Origin: a virus
Lineage: Duplodnaviria; Caudoviricetes
IMG/VR virus record: IMGVR_UViG_3300045936_000212
Location: 1,206 to 65,205 of that record
DNA: 64,000 nt
Strand: one strand, 5' to 3'
Part shown: positions 10,397-20,900 of the stretch, in pieces
How the letters are laid out: each line of letters opens with the position of its first letter
Position numbering within the stretch: position 1 is the first letter of the stretch
The notes under the pieces: generated by a model
The model's input: only the letters and a program-made list of their open reading frames with translations
Database searches by the model: none
Told to the model about the DNA's origin: nothing
Made by a program: the position numbers and the translations under genes

Positions 10397-10824
10397 AGCT
10401 GAAGCCGATCATCGATCAGCTAAAGGTCGCGACCACCAGCTTCAACGGGCGGATCGCCGGGGCGTCCGAATATGCCGCCGGGGTCGAAAGCACCCGCCTT
10501 GTCGTGCCCTGCGCTTTTGTCATGCGCGGCCAGGTCTTCACCGACGAAGCCCGCACTCTGGGCGAGGTCGTGCAGATGATGACCGAGGAGTTCGGCATCG
10601 CCGTCGCGGTCGACAACAGCCAGGACGAGCGCGGCCAGATGGCCGAGGAGCTGCTCGACGACATCCGCCAGGATCTGATCCAGGCGCTCCTCGGCTGGGC
10701 CCCTGACGAGACGCACAACGCGATGGAATACGGCGGCGACGTGCCGATCGAGATCAACCGGGGCCGGCTCTGGCGGCTCTTCGTGTTCCGCACTTCCGGG
10801 GCGATTGCCAGCCTCGACCTGTAG
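10393..10824 (+). CDS. Tail terminator protein
   Basis: MKLKPIIDQLK..FNGRIAGA..ALLGWAP; sits just before the tail tube genes; ATGA overlap. Confidence 0.75.
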   Translation: MKLKPIIDQLKVATTSFNGRIAGASEYAAGVESTRLVVPCAFVMRGQVFTDEARTLGEVVQMMTEEFGIAVAVDNSQDERGQMAEELLDDIRQDLIQALLGWAPDETHNAMEYGGDVPIEINRGRLWRLFVFRTSGAIASLDL

Positions 10825-10866
10825 CACCCGCTACCCCGCTTCCAAAACCTGTCTGGAGTAACCGCG

Positions 10867-11160
10867 ATGCCGGAAGATGTCGTGCGCGAAGCCGTTGTTG
10901 TGCGCTATGCGGTGACGCATGAGCTGACGCCGGAAGGCACCCTGATCATCGTCGAAGATCAGGTGGTGACCGACCCGCCGCCCGATTTGCCGCTCGGGGA
11001 AGAGGTGCCGGCCGATCCTATCGTCCCCGACACGCCGCCGGTCGACCCGCCGCCGGGCACCACCACTACGAGCGGCACCGTCAGCACCAGCAGCTGGGCG
11101 GCCCCGACGCCAACGCCCGCCCCTGCGCCTGCGCCAACCTCTACGGACTCGGAGGTCTGA
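10867..11160 (+). CDS. Hypothetical Pro/Thr-rich protein
   Basis: GGAG RBS; 97 aa. Confidence 0.6.
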   Translation: MPEDVVREAVVVRYAVTHELTPEGTLIIVEDQVVTDPPPDLPLGEEVPADPIVPDTPPVDPPPGTTTTSGTVSTSSWAAPTPTPAPAPAPTSTDSEV

Positions 11161-11163
11161 CCG

Positions 11164-12315
11164 ATGCCGACGCTGCTGTCGCGCAAGGCAGCGCTCTTAT
11201 TCAAGATCGAGTCGACCGAGGGCGTCGATGCAGCGCCGGCCGCCGGCACAGATGGCATTCTGGTCGAGAACTGCAGGATCACGCTCAATCCCAATATCGT
11301 CGAGACGAACGAGGTCACTCCGTCACTCGACCCGTTCGATCCGATCGTCGGCGGCATGAGCGCGTCGATTGAGTTCGATGTCTACATGAAGGGCTCCGGG
11401 TCGGCGGTGACGCCGCCCGAATATGGCGATCTCCTCAAATGCTGCGGCTACGCCGAATGGATCGTTGGGCCGACACCGGGGGGCGGACCCGAGGTTTGCG
11501 GTGCCGGCGCTTCGACGGTGCAGGCGACTCTGGGGGCCTCGGCATCGACAAGCTCGCAGCAATATCGCGGGATGCCGGTCAATTTTACCGGCGCGGTCAC
11601 GTTGAACACGTTTATTTGGGATTACAGCGCCGCGAAGGTTGCGAAGCTGACCGATACCGCTTCTGCCAACATCACCAACACCACGAGCTGGCAGATCCCG
11701 GCGAACGTGACCTACGTTCCGGCTTCGAACGTACTCAGTTCGGGCACGATCCATTATTTCAACGACGGGCTGCGGTACGTTTTCCTCGGCAATCGGGGCA
11801 CTGTCGCCTTTAACATCGTCTCGGGCGGACCGGCCAAGGCCAGCTTCCGCTTTATGGGGATGTTCAGCTCCAAGACCGATGTGGCATTGCCGGCGGTCAC
11901 CTATGACGTGACCCGCCCGCCGATCTGGAAGGGTGGTTCCTGCACCATCGACTCGGCCCAGGCAGCCGCCGGCACTCTCAACCTCGACACCGGCAATCAA
12001 TTGGTGATGCCGGATAACCCGAACGCCCTGGAAGGTTTCGACCCGGCGATCATTACGCTGCGTCAGTTGCGGGGTTCGATCAACCCGAAGGAAACCTTGG
12101 TCGCCACCAGGAACATCATGGCCGACTTCCGCTCCCAGACGAAGCGGCCGATCCACGCCAAGCTCGGCATAACCGCCGGCAACCGCATCGGCTTCACCAT
12201 CCCCGCCGCTTTGTACTTGAACGAAACGTACGGTGACAACAACGGCTACCGCATCGTCGATGTGCCGTTCGACATGACCGGGCAAGACTCGGGGATGGTC
12301 ATCTGCAGCTTCTGA
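11164..12315 (+). CDS. Tail tube (major tail) protein, copy 1
   Basis: 383 aa, LLFKIESTEGVDA N-terminus; lies between tail terminator and chaperone. Confidence 0.8.
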   Translation: MPTLLSRKAALLFKIESTEGVDAAPAAGTDGILVENCRITLNPNIVETNEVTPSLDPFDPIVGGMSASIEFDVYMKGSGSAVTPPEYGDLLKCCGYAEWIVGPTPGGGPEVCGAGASTVQATLGASASTSSQQYRGMPVNFTGAVTLNTFIWDYSAAKVAKLTDTASANITNTTSWQIPANVTYVPASNVLSSGTIHYFNDGLRYVFLGNRGTVAFNIVSGGPAKASFRFMGMFSSKTDVALPAVTYDVTRPPIWKGGSCTIDSAQAAAGTLNLDTGNQLVMPDNPNALEGFDPAIITLRQLRGSINPKETLVATRNIMADFRSQTKRPIHAKLGITAGNRIGFTIPAALYLNETYGDNNGYRIVDVPFDMTGQDSGMVICSF

Positions 12316-12322
12316 CGCTGAC

Positions 12323-12356
12323 CGACTGAACCACAGGCGTTCAGTCGCGCTTTTTT
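12323..12356 (+). terminator. Intrinsic terminator between the tail tube paralogues
   Basis: CGACTGAAC-CACAGGC-GTTCAGTCG followed by CGC-TTTTTT. Confidence 0.6.
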
Positions 12357-12378
12357 CACTTCCGACCGGAGACAGATC

Positions 12379-13530
12379 ATGCCGACGCTGCTGACTCGCA
12401 GGGCCGCCGTGTTGTTCAAAATCGAAAGCACGGAAGGTGTCGATGCCGTTCCGGTAGCCGGCACCGATGGCGTTCTGGTGGAAAACCTCAGGATCACGAT
12501 GAACCCGAACATCGTGGAGACCAATGAGGTGACGCCCAGCCTCGACCCATTCGACCCGATCGTCGGCGGCATGAGCTCGTCAATCGAGTTCGATGTCTAC
12601 ATGAAGGGCTCGACAGCAGCGGCTACGGCGCCCGAGTGGGGCAAGCTTCTCAAATGCTGCGGCTACTCCGAGACCATCACCGCAGCGGCGGTCCCGGCGG
12701 CCCCGGAAGCCTGTGCGGCCGGCGGGACCACCATCCTCGCCAATCTCGGCGCAACTGCTGTTGCGACAGCGCAGCTCTACCGGGGGATGCCGCTCAACCT
12801 TACTGGCGCGAACACGCTGCAGACGTTCATCTACGACTACAGCGTCACCAAAGCCGCCAAGATCACTGATACGGCTTCGGTCGCGATCGTCGCCGCGACG
12901 CTCTACCAGATCATGCCCAACGTCCTCTATGTCCCGGCGTCGGGAGCGATCAGCAGCGGCACCTTCTATATCTTCAACGACGGGCTGCGGTACGTCTTCC
13001 TCGGTAACCGCGGCACCGTCGCCTTTAACATCGTGAGCGGCGGGCCCTGTAAAGCGTCCTTCCGCTTTATGGGCATGTTCGCGTCGAAAACGGATTTGGC
13101 GCTGCCGACCGTCAGCTACGACGCGACCCGTCCGCCGATCTGGAAGGGCGGCGCCTGCACGATCAACAGCGCGGCGATGGCAGCCGGGACGCTGAACTTG
13201 GACACCGGCAACCAGTTGGTGCAGCCGGATGACCCGAACATGCCCGAGGCGTTTGACCCGGCGATCATCCCGCTAAGGCAGCTGCGCGGCAGCATCAACC
13301 CGAAGGAAACCTTGGTCGCGACGCGCGACATCATGGCCGACTTCCGCTCCCAAACCCGCCGGCCGATCCACGCGAAATACGGCATCACCGCCGGCAACCG
13401 CCTCGGCTTCACCGTGCCGGCGGCGCTCTACCTCAATGAGACCTACGGTGACAACAACGGCTACAGAATCGTGGACGTGCCCTTCGACATGACCGGCCAG
13501 GACTCTGGGCTGAGTATCTGCAGCTTCTAG
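12379..13530 (+). CDS. Tail tube (major tail) protein, copy 2
   Basis: 383 aa; long blocks identical to 11164-12315. Confidence 0.8.
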   Translation: MPTLLTRRAAVLFKIESTEGVDAVPVAGTDGVLVENLRITMNPNIVETNEVTPSLDPFDPIVGGMSSSIEFDVYMKGSTAAATAPEWGKLLKCCGYSETITAAAVPAAPEACAAGGTTILANLGATAVATAQLYRGMPLNLTGANTLQTFIYDYSVTKAAKITDTASVAIVAATLYQIMPNVLYVPASGAISSGTFYIFNDGLRYVFLGNRGTVAFNIVSGGPCKASFRFMGMFASKTDLALPTVSYDATRPPIWKGGACTINSAAMAAGTLNLDTGNQLVQPDDPNMPEAFDPAIIPLRQLRGSINPKETLVATRDIMADFRSQTRRPIHAKYGITAGNRLGFTVPAALYLNETYGDNNGYRIVDVPFDMTGQDSGLSICSF

Positions 13531-13539
13531 GAGGCTCCC

Positions 13540-14238
13540 TTGCTAGCGTTATCGACCAAGGACGCCGTGCGCTTTACGCCGGATCGGCTGAAGGAGCGCG
13601 ACCCCGTCCCGGTGTTCCTGCTCAAGACCCCGTCGCTGCGCGACAAGATCGCGCTCGACGCCGAGGTGCAGGCCGAGGGCGTGCGCTACCCGCCCAACAC
13701 CGAATACGCAGAGGTGCTGCGCGAGGCGGTCCTCGCCCAGGTGCTGGAGCGCGACCACCCGCAGCTTCTCGAGATCATCTTGGAATACGAGGCGGTCAAC
13801 GAGGAAGGCAACCCGATCCCGGCCGAACTCACCGAGCGGATCGAGGAGATCGCCAAGGCGCTGCGCCCCTATCATCGCCCGCTGGCGCAGCTCGAGGCCG
13901 AGCGCACCCGCTATCTCGGCACCGCCTTCCTTGTCCGGGCCGAGATGTTCCTCCTCAAGATCGAGGGTGACCCCGAGGCGCCCGAGATCGAGCGCCGCTA
14001 CGGGAAACTCACCGAGGACTGCCAGAACGCCATCGAACAGCGCTACGGGCAGGGGACGCTCTTCGCCATCGGCGGGCGGACGATCGAGATCACCCAGCCG
14101 ACCGAGGACGAAAGAAAAAACTCGCCATCGCCGCCTGCATCGCCGCCCGACCCCGAGACTTCGACGGAGGAGCCACCGCCCCCGACGGCTCGGCGTGGGA
14201 GATCCTTGGGGAACGGTACGGGCGCAACCCCCGCCTAG
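13540..14238 (+). CDS. Tail assembly chaperone (gpG-like)
   Basis: GGAGG RBS with TTG start; lies between tube and tape measure; contains slippery A-AAA-AAC at 14115-14121. Confidence 0.8.
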   Translation: MLALSTKDAVRFTPDRLKERDPVPVFLLKTPSLRDKIALDAEVQAEGVRYPPNTEYAEVLREAVLAQVLERDHPQLLEIILEYEAVNEEGNPIPAELTERIEEIAKALRPYHRPLAQLEAERTRYLGTAFLVRAEMFLLKIEGDPEAPEIERRYGKLTEDCQNAIEQRYGQGTLFAIGGRTIEITQPTEDERKNSPSPPASPPDPETSTEEPPPPTARRGRSLGNGTGATPA

Positions 14239-14447
14239 ACCTGCCGCAGGTCTATTTCGAGGTGGTGCGGCTGTGGCGGCTGGCCTACCCGCCGCACGGG
14301 CGCATCGTCGGGATGGCGGCGGGCATCATCCCCATCGTCGGGCACCTGCCGGAAGCCGGCGGCACTCTCGATCAGGCCTCCTGGGTGATGGAGGCCTTTG
14401 GTCTCTTAAACAGCTATGAGATGAAGTTCGCGCCGCCGCCGGGTTAA
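14115..14447 (+). CDS. -1 frameshift extension of the tail chaperone (gpGT-like)
   Basis: The -1 frame is open from the slippery site: KLAIAACIAARPRDFDGG...HLPEAGGTLDQASWVMEAF...PPPG*. Confidence 0.8.
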   Translation, partial: KKLAIAACIAARPRDFDGGATAPDGSAWEILGERYGRNPRLDLPQVYFEVVRLWRLAYPPHGRIVGMAAGIIPIVGHLPEAGGTLDQASWVMEAFGLLNSYEMKFAPPPG

Positions 14448-14460
14448 GGAAGGCCGGCCT

Positions 14461-14811
14461 TTATCGACCGATGAGTCTTTGCAGGCTTGGCGGTAGTGGT
14501 GTGCTCCTCGTATCGCTGAACTCGCGGCAAAGCTGGACGGCGATCTCGGCTGTCTTCCTCGTCCTCTCGTTGACATAAGCTTCCTTGTTCGGGTGGTCAT
14601 AGGAGGTCATCGCCTCGGCCCTGCCCCAAAACTGCCGCACCTGATGTTCTGATAACTCACACCCGTCCGGCTGCCGCGCGTCGGATAGTAACGGCTCGTA
14701 TGTCAACGGAGCGGAGTTATTCAAGCGTGCACCGAAGTACAGTGCACCGAGAATACCGAGCACGCAAATTATCGAAACAACGAGTGCCTCTTCTAAAAAG
14801 TTCTGGCGCAT
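14461..14811 (-). CDS. Antisense moron, single-TM membrane protein
   Basis: AGGAG RBS; MRQNFLEEALVVSIICVLGILGALYFG TM segment; lower GC; opposite strand inside the tail operon. Confidence 0.7.
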   Translation of the reverse strand: MRQNFLEEALVVSIICVLGILGALYFGARLNNSAPLTYEPLLSDARQPDGCELSEHQVRQFWGRAEAMTSYDHPNKEAYVNERTRKTAEIAVQLCREFSDTRSTPLPPSLQRLIGR

Positions 14812-14915
14812 TAGGTGCTCCTGTTTCGCTGCGTCCGCAGCATTTAGCTCAAACCGCCCTGCTGCGGTCTTGATAGGCCCGGCCAAAAAATTGATCGGAC
14901 CCGCTTGCGGACCTG

Positions 14916-17900
14916 ATGGCAACTCCCCTCTCCATATCCCTCAAAGTCGTCGGCCTGGATCAAGCCAAGGCCGATCTGAGGACGTTTGCCGAAGCCGGTA
15001 AGCGGACTTTTGACGAGATCGAGGCCGAAGCCAAGAAAATTGGCGAGGCCGCGTCCAACAGCGACAGGTCGCTGCAGGCGCTGGCGAACCGGCTGCGCCA
15101 GACCTCGGCGGCGATCGACCCGGTCACCGCCAGCGCGATCAAGCTGCGCGAGAGCCTCGTCGATGTGCAGCGCGGCTTGCAGGCCAACCTGATCTCGACC
15201 GAGCAAGCGGCGCGGATGACGGAATTTCACCGTCAGAAGCATGAGGATTTTGTCCAGACCGTCACCAAATCGGTCTCGGCGCTGACCCGCATGAGCGGCG
15301 AACTGCGCGAATTCGGCACGGTCGGCCGCCAGTCATTTGAACAGATTTCGGCAGCGGCGAAGGGGCTGGCCGGGACCGCTCTCACCACTGAAGACGCTCT
15401 GACCAAGGCGATGACGGTGGTCAGGGGGCTCGCGGCGGAAATGAACCCCGCTGCGGCAGCCGCGCTAAAGCTGCGCGAGCAGTTGGCCGCCATTGCGACG
15501 GTTGAAGCCAGCGGGAATATCTCGCCGGAAGTCGCCGCCGGGCTACGCCAGCAGCTCCAGCTTGCGCGCGAACTGGCAGACCAAGAGGCGGCGCTCGCAA
15601 CGCAGCGGCAGGCGGCAGCCCTTATCCAGAAACAGGTAACTGCCGAGGCCACCGCGGCCGAACAGCGGGCGGCAACCGCGACACAAGTCCATTCTGCGGA
15701 GGTGGCGGCGGCGGCGCGGACAGCGGCGACCGCTCAGAAGGCCGCCGCGCAGGAAACCGCTGCGGTCATCAAGACGGCCGAAGAGCAGGCGGCGACCGCT
15801 TGGAGAGTGCACTACGCGGAGGTGGCGGCGCAGGCGCGGGCGGCGGCTGCGGCTCAGCAGGCGGCAGCGCAGTCGGCAGCGCTCGTCGAGAAGGCGACAG
15901 CCCTTATCCAGAAACAAGCCGCCGACGAAGCCAAGAAAGCCGAAGAGCAGGCGACAACCGCGTCGAGGGTACATTACGCGGAAGTAGCGGCGCGGGCGCG
16001 GCTGGCCGGCGAAGCGGTAAAGGGGACGGCGCAGCAGACGACGATTTCGGCCGCCCAGGCCCGCTTCGCGGTGCAGCAATTTGGTTTCCAGATCAACGAC
16101 GTCGCGACACAGTTAGCGTCTGGCGCCAACCCATTCAGAGTAGCGACGCAGCAGGCTGGTCAGTTTGTCCAGGCCTTCCAAGTTGGGGGTGGACCGGCTG
16201 CCGTGCTGCGCGGTTTTGTGGTTGAACTCAAGAGCCTGATTTCACCGACCACCGTTGCTATCGCGGGGTTGGCCGCGCTGGGCGTGGGTTTTATTGCGCT
16301 GGTGGCGAGGTCGACAGCTGCGGACGCGGCGATGCGACAGTTCGCCGTAACGCTCGAAGCAATGAACCTGACCGCCAAAGCCACGCCCGCGGGGCTTGAG
16401 GCGGTGTCGCATTCTTTTCTTGACCTGGGTATTTCGGTCAGCGAGGCGCGCACTCAGCTGAACCAACTCGCTACGAGCGGCCTCGATCCACAACGATGGC
16501 AAGCGATAATCAGGGCCGCAGCCAATTTGCAGACTGTATTTGGCGGCGATCAGTTTCAGAATCTCAAAAACGCCTTTGCCGGCGGCGTCGAGAGTGCGAG
16601 CACCTACGCGCTTAAGCTCCGCTTGATAACCACTGACCAGGCCGCCTATGCGCGGCAACTCGTATTAAGCGGGGACGCCGGCAAGGCGCTGGACTTTATA
16701 CTACAACAGGTGACGGCACGCTCTGACGATTGGAATAAGCGAGCGTTGAGCCCACTCGGGCAAGCTCTGCGTGACTTGAACGTCGCTTACGACAAATTTG
16801 TCACGACCCTCTCAAAGAGCGATGCCATTAGAGGAGTGGTCGAGCAAACGACCGCCCTTGTGCGGGTAATCGAGGACCTGTTCAAAAAAGAACCGCCAAA
16901 GTGGTTCAGGGTTCTTTTTATGGATGAGGCGGTCCCCGGCCTGGGTAACATCGTGACCCAACTGCTGCGGATGCAGGGTATCCCGGTCACGGGCTCGGGG
17001 CCTGGCGGCATCAGCGGGCCGGCTCCGGCTGCGGGCGGGGCGGCTTCTGGCGCGGGGGCTGGCCCGCTTAGTGTGACCATAACTAAGAGCCCATCGGCAG
17101 TCGCCGGCCTCGACCCCACCCTCCAATTTGCTTTGCGCGATATGTTCGCGGCGGCTGCCGAGAGTGGCATAACCCTCGGCATCGGCAGCGGATTTCGGAC
17201 TTTTGAGCAGCAAACCAAACTATACAACGAGGCCATCGCGAAATACGGTTCGGCGAATATCCCCGGGCATCAAGTCGCATATCCTGGGACGTCGATGCAT
17301 GAGAAAGGGCTAGCTGCCGATCTGACGGCCAGCGGTACCACAATTCGTGCGGGCAGTCCGGAGGCCCGCTGGCTTGCGGCAAATGCATCAACTTTTGGTA
17401 TTAGCTTTCCGGTGCGAGGCGAGCCCTGGCATGCCCAACTCGCTGGCGACGTAGTACCCGCAGGTGGCCGCACCGGCCTGCTAACAGCTGTCGGGGAGCA
17501 AGACCCGACAAAGATCGACGCGGTCAATAAGCTGATTGAAGCGGAAACACGGCGGGCCAATGCCCTCAGAGGGATGGGGCAGGTCCTTACTGAGAACGAA
17601 GTTCGTGAGCGCGCTGCTACAATCGCATTGGAGAATGAACTAACAGTAGAACAGAAAGCCCGTGTCGAAGCTGCCCTGCTGGCGAATTCTCGCGCCACCT
17701 TTAATAATGAACTGGACAACAGCAACAAGCTGCTCAATCAGGAAATCAGCGGCCAGCAGTCAATCGTTCAGGCATACCAAGCCAGCTCCCTTGCGGGTAA
17801 GGTTCGTGAAACGCAATTCAAGGCAGAAACAGAGGCTCTGCGTTTATTCGGCACGACCGATAGCGCGGTGGCAAAGCAGTTTATAGAAAATCGCACCAAG

Positions 17901-20900
17901 CAAAATCTCGCGCTGGAGAAGGCTTCCGAACAGCTTAAAAGCGCGCAGGAAATCCTGGCCGGCCGCGACACCCAGGCGCAGCTACAGCTGCAGATGAATC
18001 TCGTCGGTCAGACCAGCGAAGAGATTCAACGCCAGGTCACTATTCTGCAAGAGAAGCAGAGGATCGAACGGGAGTTTCCTCTGCTGTCGGAAGCCGAGAA
18101 GGCGGCAAAGCTCAAAGTTACGGAGGAGATAGCCAATCAGACCAAACTGCTCGCGGACATGAACCGCGAGCAGCAGCGCATCGACGGCCTCTATCGGCAG
18201 ATTGGCGACACCATCGTCAACACGCTGGGCCAGGCGCTCGACTCCGTCTTCGACCCCAAGAAGCCGATGGATTGGGGCAAGTCGATCAAGAACATGCTTT
18301 CCTCGCTGGTCGGCACGATCGGCCGCGAGATGTTGTTCAAGCCGCTGACCGGCTCGATCCTCTCGACGCTCGGCGCCTCGCCCTCGACGGTACAGCAGTA
18401 CGGCACGCTCGGCGGCAGCGGCGGCCTGTTCGGCAACATCGGTTCCCTGGGGTCGACAGGCTCTTTTCTGAAAAGCATTTTGCCCGAAAGCTGGTTCAGC
18501 GGCGGTGGGCTGTTCTCCAATATTGGCAGTTCGCTCGGGTTCGCCTCGACGGCCCCGGTCAGCAGCGTCTTTGGTATCGAATCATCGACCCTGAGTTCGC
18601 TCGGGCTGACCGGCAACATGGCGGTGCCTGGCAGCGTCTTTGGCATGACGAGCCTGGGCAGTGCCCTCGGCAGCGTCGGTGCCGGGTTTACCGCAGGGAC
18701 GATGATCAACAGCCTGGTCGGTGGCAAATCGACCGGCGGCATGATCGGCAGTGGTGTCGGCTCTATCGCCGGCATGGCGATTGGTTCGCTTATTGGTATG
18801 CCGTTCCTTGGCGCGCTCCTAGGCGGGGTTGGTGGCGGGCTATTCGGCGGCATGTTCGGCAACAACCGGCCGCGCAACCAGTCGGCCGGGTTCTCGACCG
18901 ATGTTTCGACTTTCCAGATCCAGTCCGGCTTTGCCGGGGGCAACCAGCAGATCGACCAGGCGGTCCTCGAAGCCGGGCAGAAGCTGCAGGGCTACCTCGA
19001 CCTGCTGAAGACGACCGGCGGCGCGCTCTCCGGCCAGCTTCTGCTGCAGCATGGCGTCAACACCGGGGTGACCCTCGATTACTCGGGCGTCCCCGGCTAC
19101 GGCAGCGGGCGGCTCTCGCTCGGCCAGGATCCGACCAAGGCGGTCGGCGATGTCGCGCTCGTCCTGGCGAAAACCATGACCGGGGTCAGCGACACGTTCA
19201 AGTCGGTGATGGACTCGGTCAGCGACCCCGCCAAGCTGGAGCGGGCGATTGCCTTCGCCAAGGCCTATGAGGCGATCGACGAAGCCGCCGAGGACGCCTT
19301 CGCCTCGATCGAAGACGCCACCAAGCGGATGGGCCCCTACCGCGTGGCCATCGACGAGATCAATGCCACCTTCGCCGATCTGACCGAGCAGGCGAAGGAA
19401 TTTGGGCAGGCCATCCCGCCGATCACCGCAGCGCTCGATGAAGCCATCAGCCGGCTCCGAGGTGACTTCAAGGACTCGCTGCAGCGCGCCCTCAACGAGG
19501 CGACCGGCGCGGGCTTCATCAACACGATCAAGGACATTTGGGATCAGTATCTCGCCTCGATCACCGACAGCCAGGCGATCGGCCTCGGCTCGGATCGCGC
19601 CACCCAGGATCTTCTGGGGCAGGTGGCGACCAATCAGATCCGGCAGGTGCTGGAGGGGTTGTCGGTCGCCGAACTCGACACGGTCATCGCCGAGTTCACC
19701 GGCCTCAACGATATCATCGTCGAACTGGCCCAGACCGCGAAGCTGACGACCGACGAGGTCGATCAGCTGGCGAGCCAGCTCGCGCAGATCCGGCTCGATA
19801 TCCAACGGTTCGTCGACAGCATCCGGGGCACCGCCGGGCCGGGCGCATCGCCCGAGCAGGCCTACTACGCCTCGGTTGCGCAGTGGGGCACGCAGTACGA
19901 CCTCGCCTCGCGCGGCGACATGAACGCGCTGCAGAACATCACTGGCTACGCGCAGCAGTACATCGACGCGATCAGCGGGTACTTCGGCTCGTCGCAGGCC
20001 GGGCAGGTCGAGATCGACCGGATCCTGGCGAACCTCGAGGCGCTGGCGCCGACGACGATCCAAGATCCGGTGGTGCAGGCGATCACGGTGCTAACCGAGG
20101 CGGTGACCACCGGCACCACGACGGTGACATCGGCGATCGAGGCGATCCCGACATCGCTACAGGTGATCCTCGACGCCAACACGCTGGCGGCGACCCAGGC
20201 GATCTACGCCAACAATTCGCTGCTGGAGCAGCTGCGGACCGATGTCAACGCGAGCGCCGAGACCGCCAAGACGGCGATCGACACGCAAATCCAGCAGCTC
20301 ATCACCGACATCACGGTGCAGACCTCGAGCCTGATCGGCCAGGGCATCCTGAATACCCAATCGCTGATCGACGCCAATAACACCGGGTTTGCCGATGTGA
20401 CGGCGCAGTATCAGGCCGAGACCGACCGGCTGATCGCATCCGGCGCCGCCACAACCGCCCAATTGCAAGAACTGAACACGCAGACCGCGACCGACATCAT
20501 CAACGAGGCCGGGATCAACGCCGACGACATCATCGCCGAGAGCAACCAGCGGCTCGACGATGCGCTCTCGAAATACGACGAGACGATCGAAGGCATCGGC
20601 GATGTCTCGACCGACGCCCAAGGCATCATCACGGCGGTCAACGCGACCGGCACCCTTCTGGCGCCGCTAATTACCGCTGTCGGCACCGATGTGGTGGCGG
20701 AACTCGGCGATGGTCCCAACAGTGTGGTCGGCTCGATCGTGAGCGAGCTCGCCGCCGTCTCGGGCTACCAGATCAGGGACCGCGGGTTCAATACCGGCCT
20801 GCTGATCGAGGCCATCGGCCTGGTCGGCGACGAGGTCAACGCCGCCGCGCTCGTCTACTCGAACAATGAAATAAGCAAGATGGGGACGGTGGAGACAAAC

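Noticed and set aside
15590-16000. Repeated VHYAEVAA / ALIQKQ segments
   Set aside because: Ordinary in-frame tape-measure repeats.
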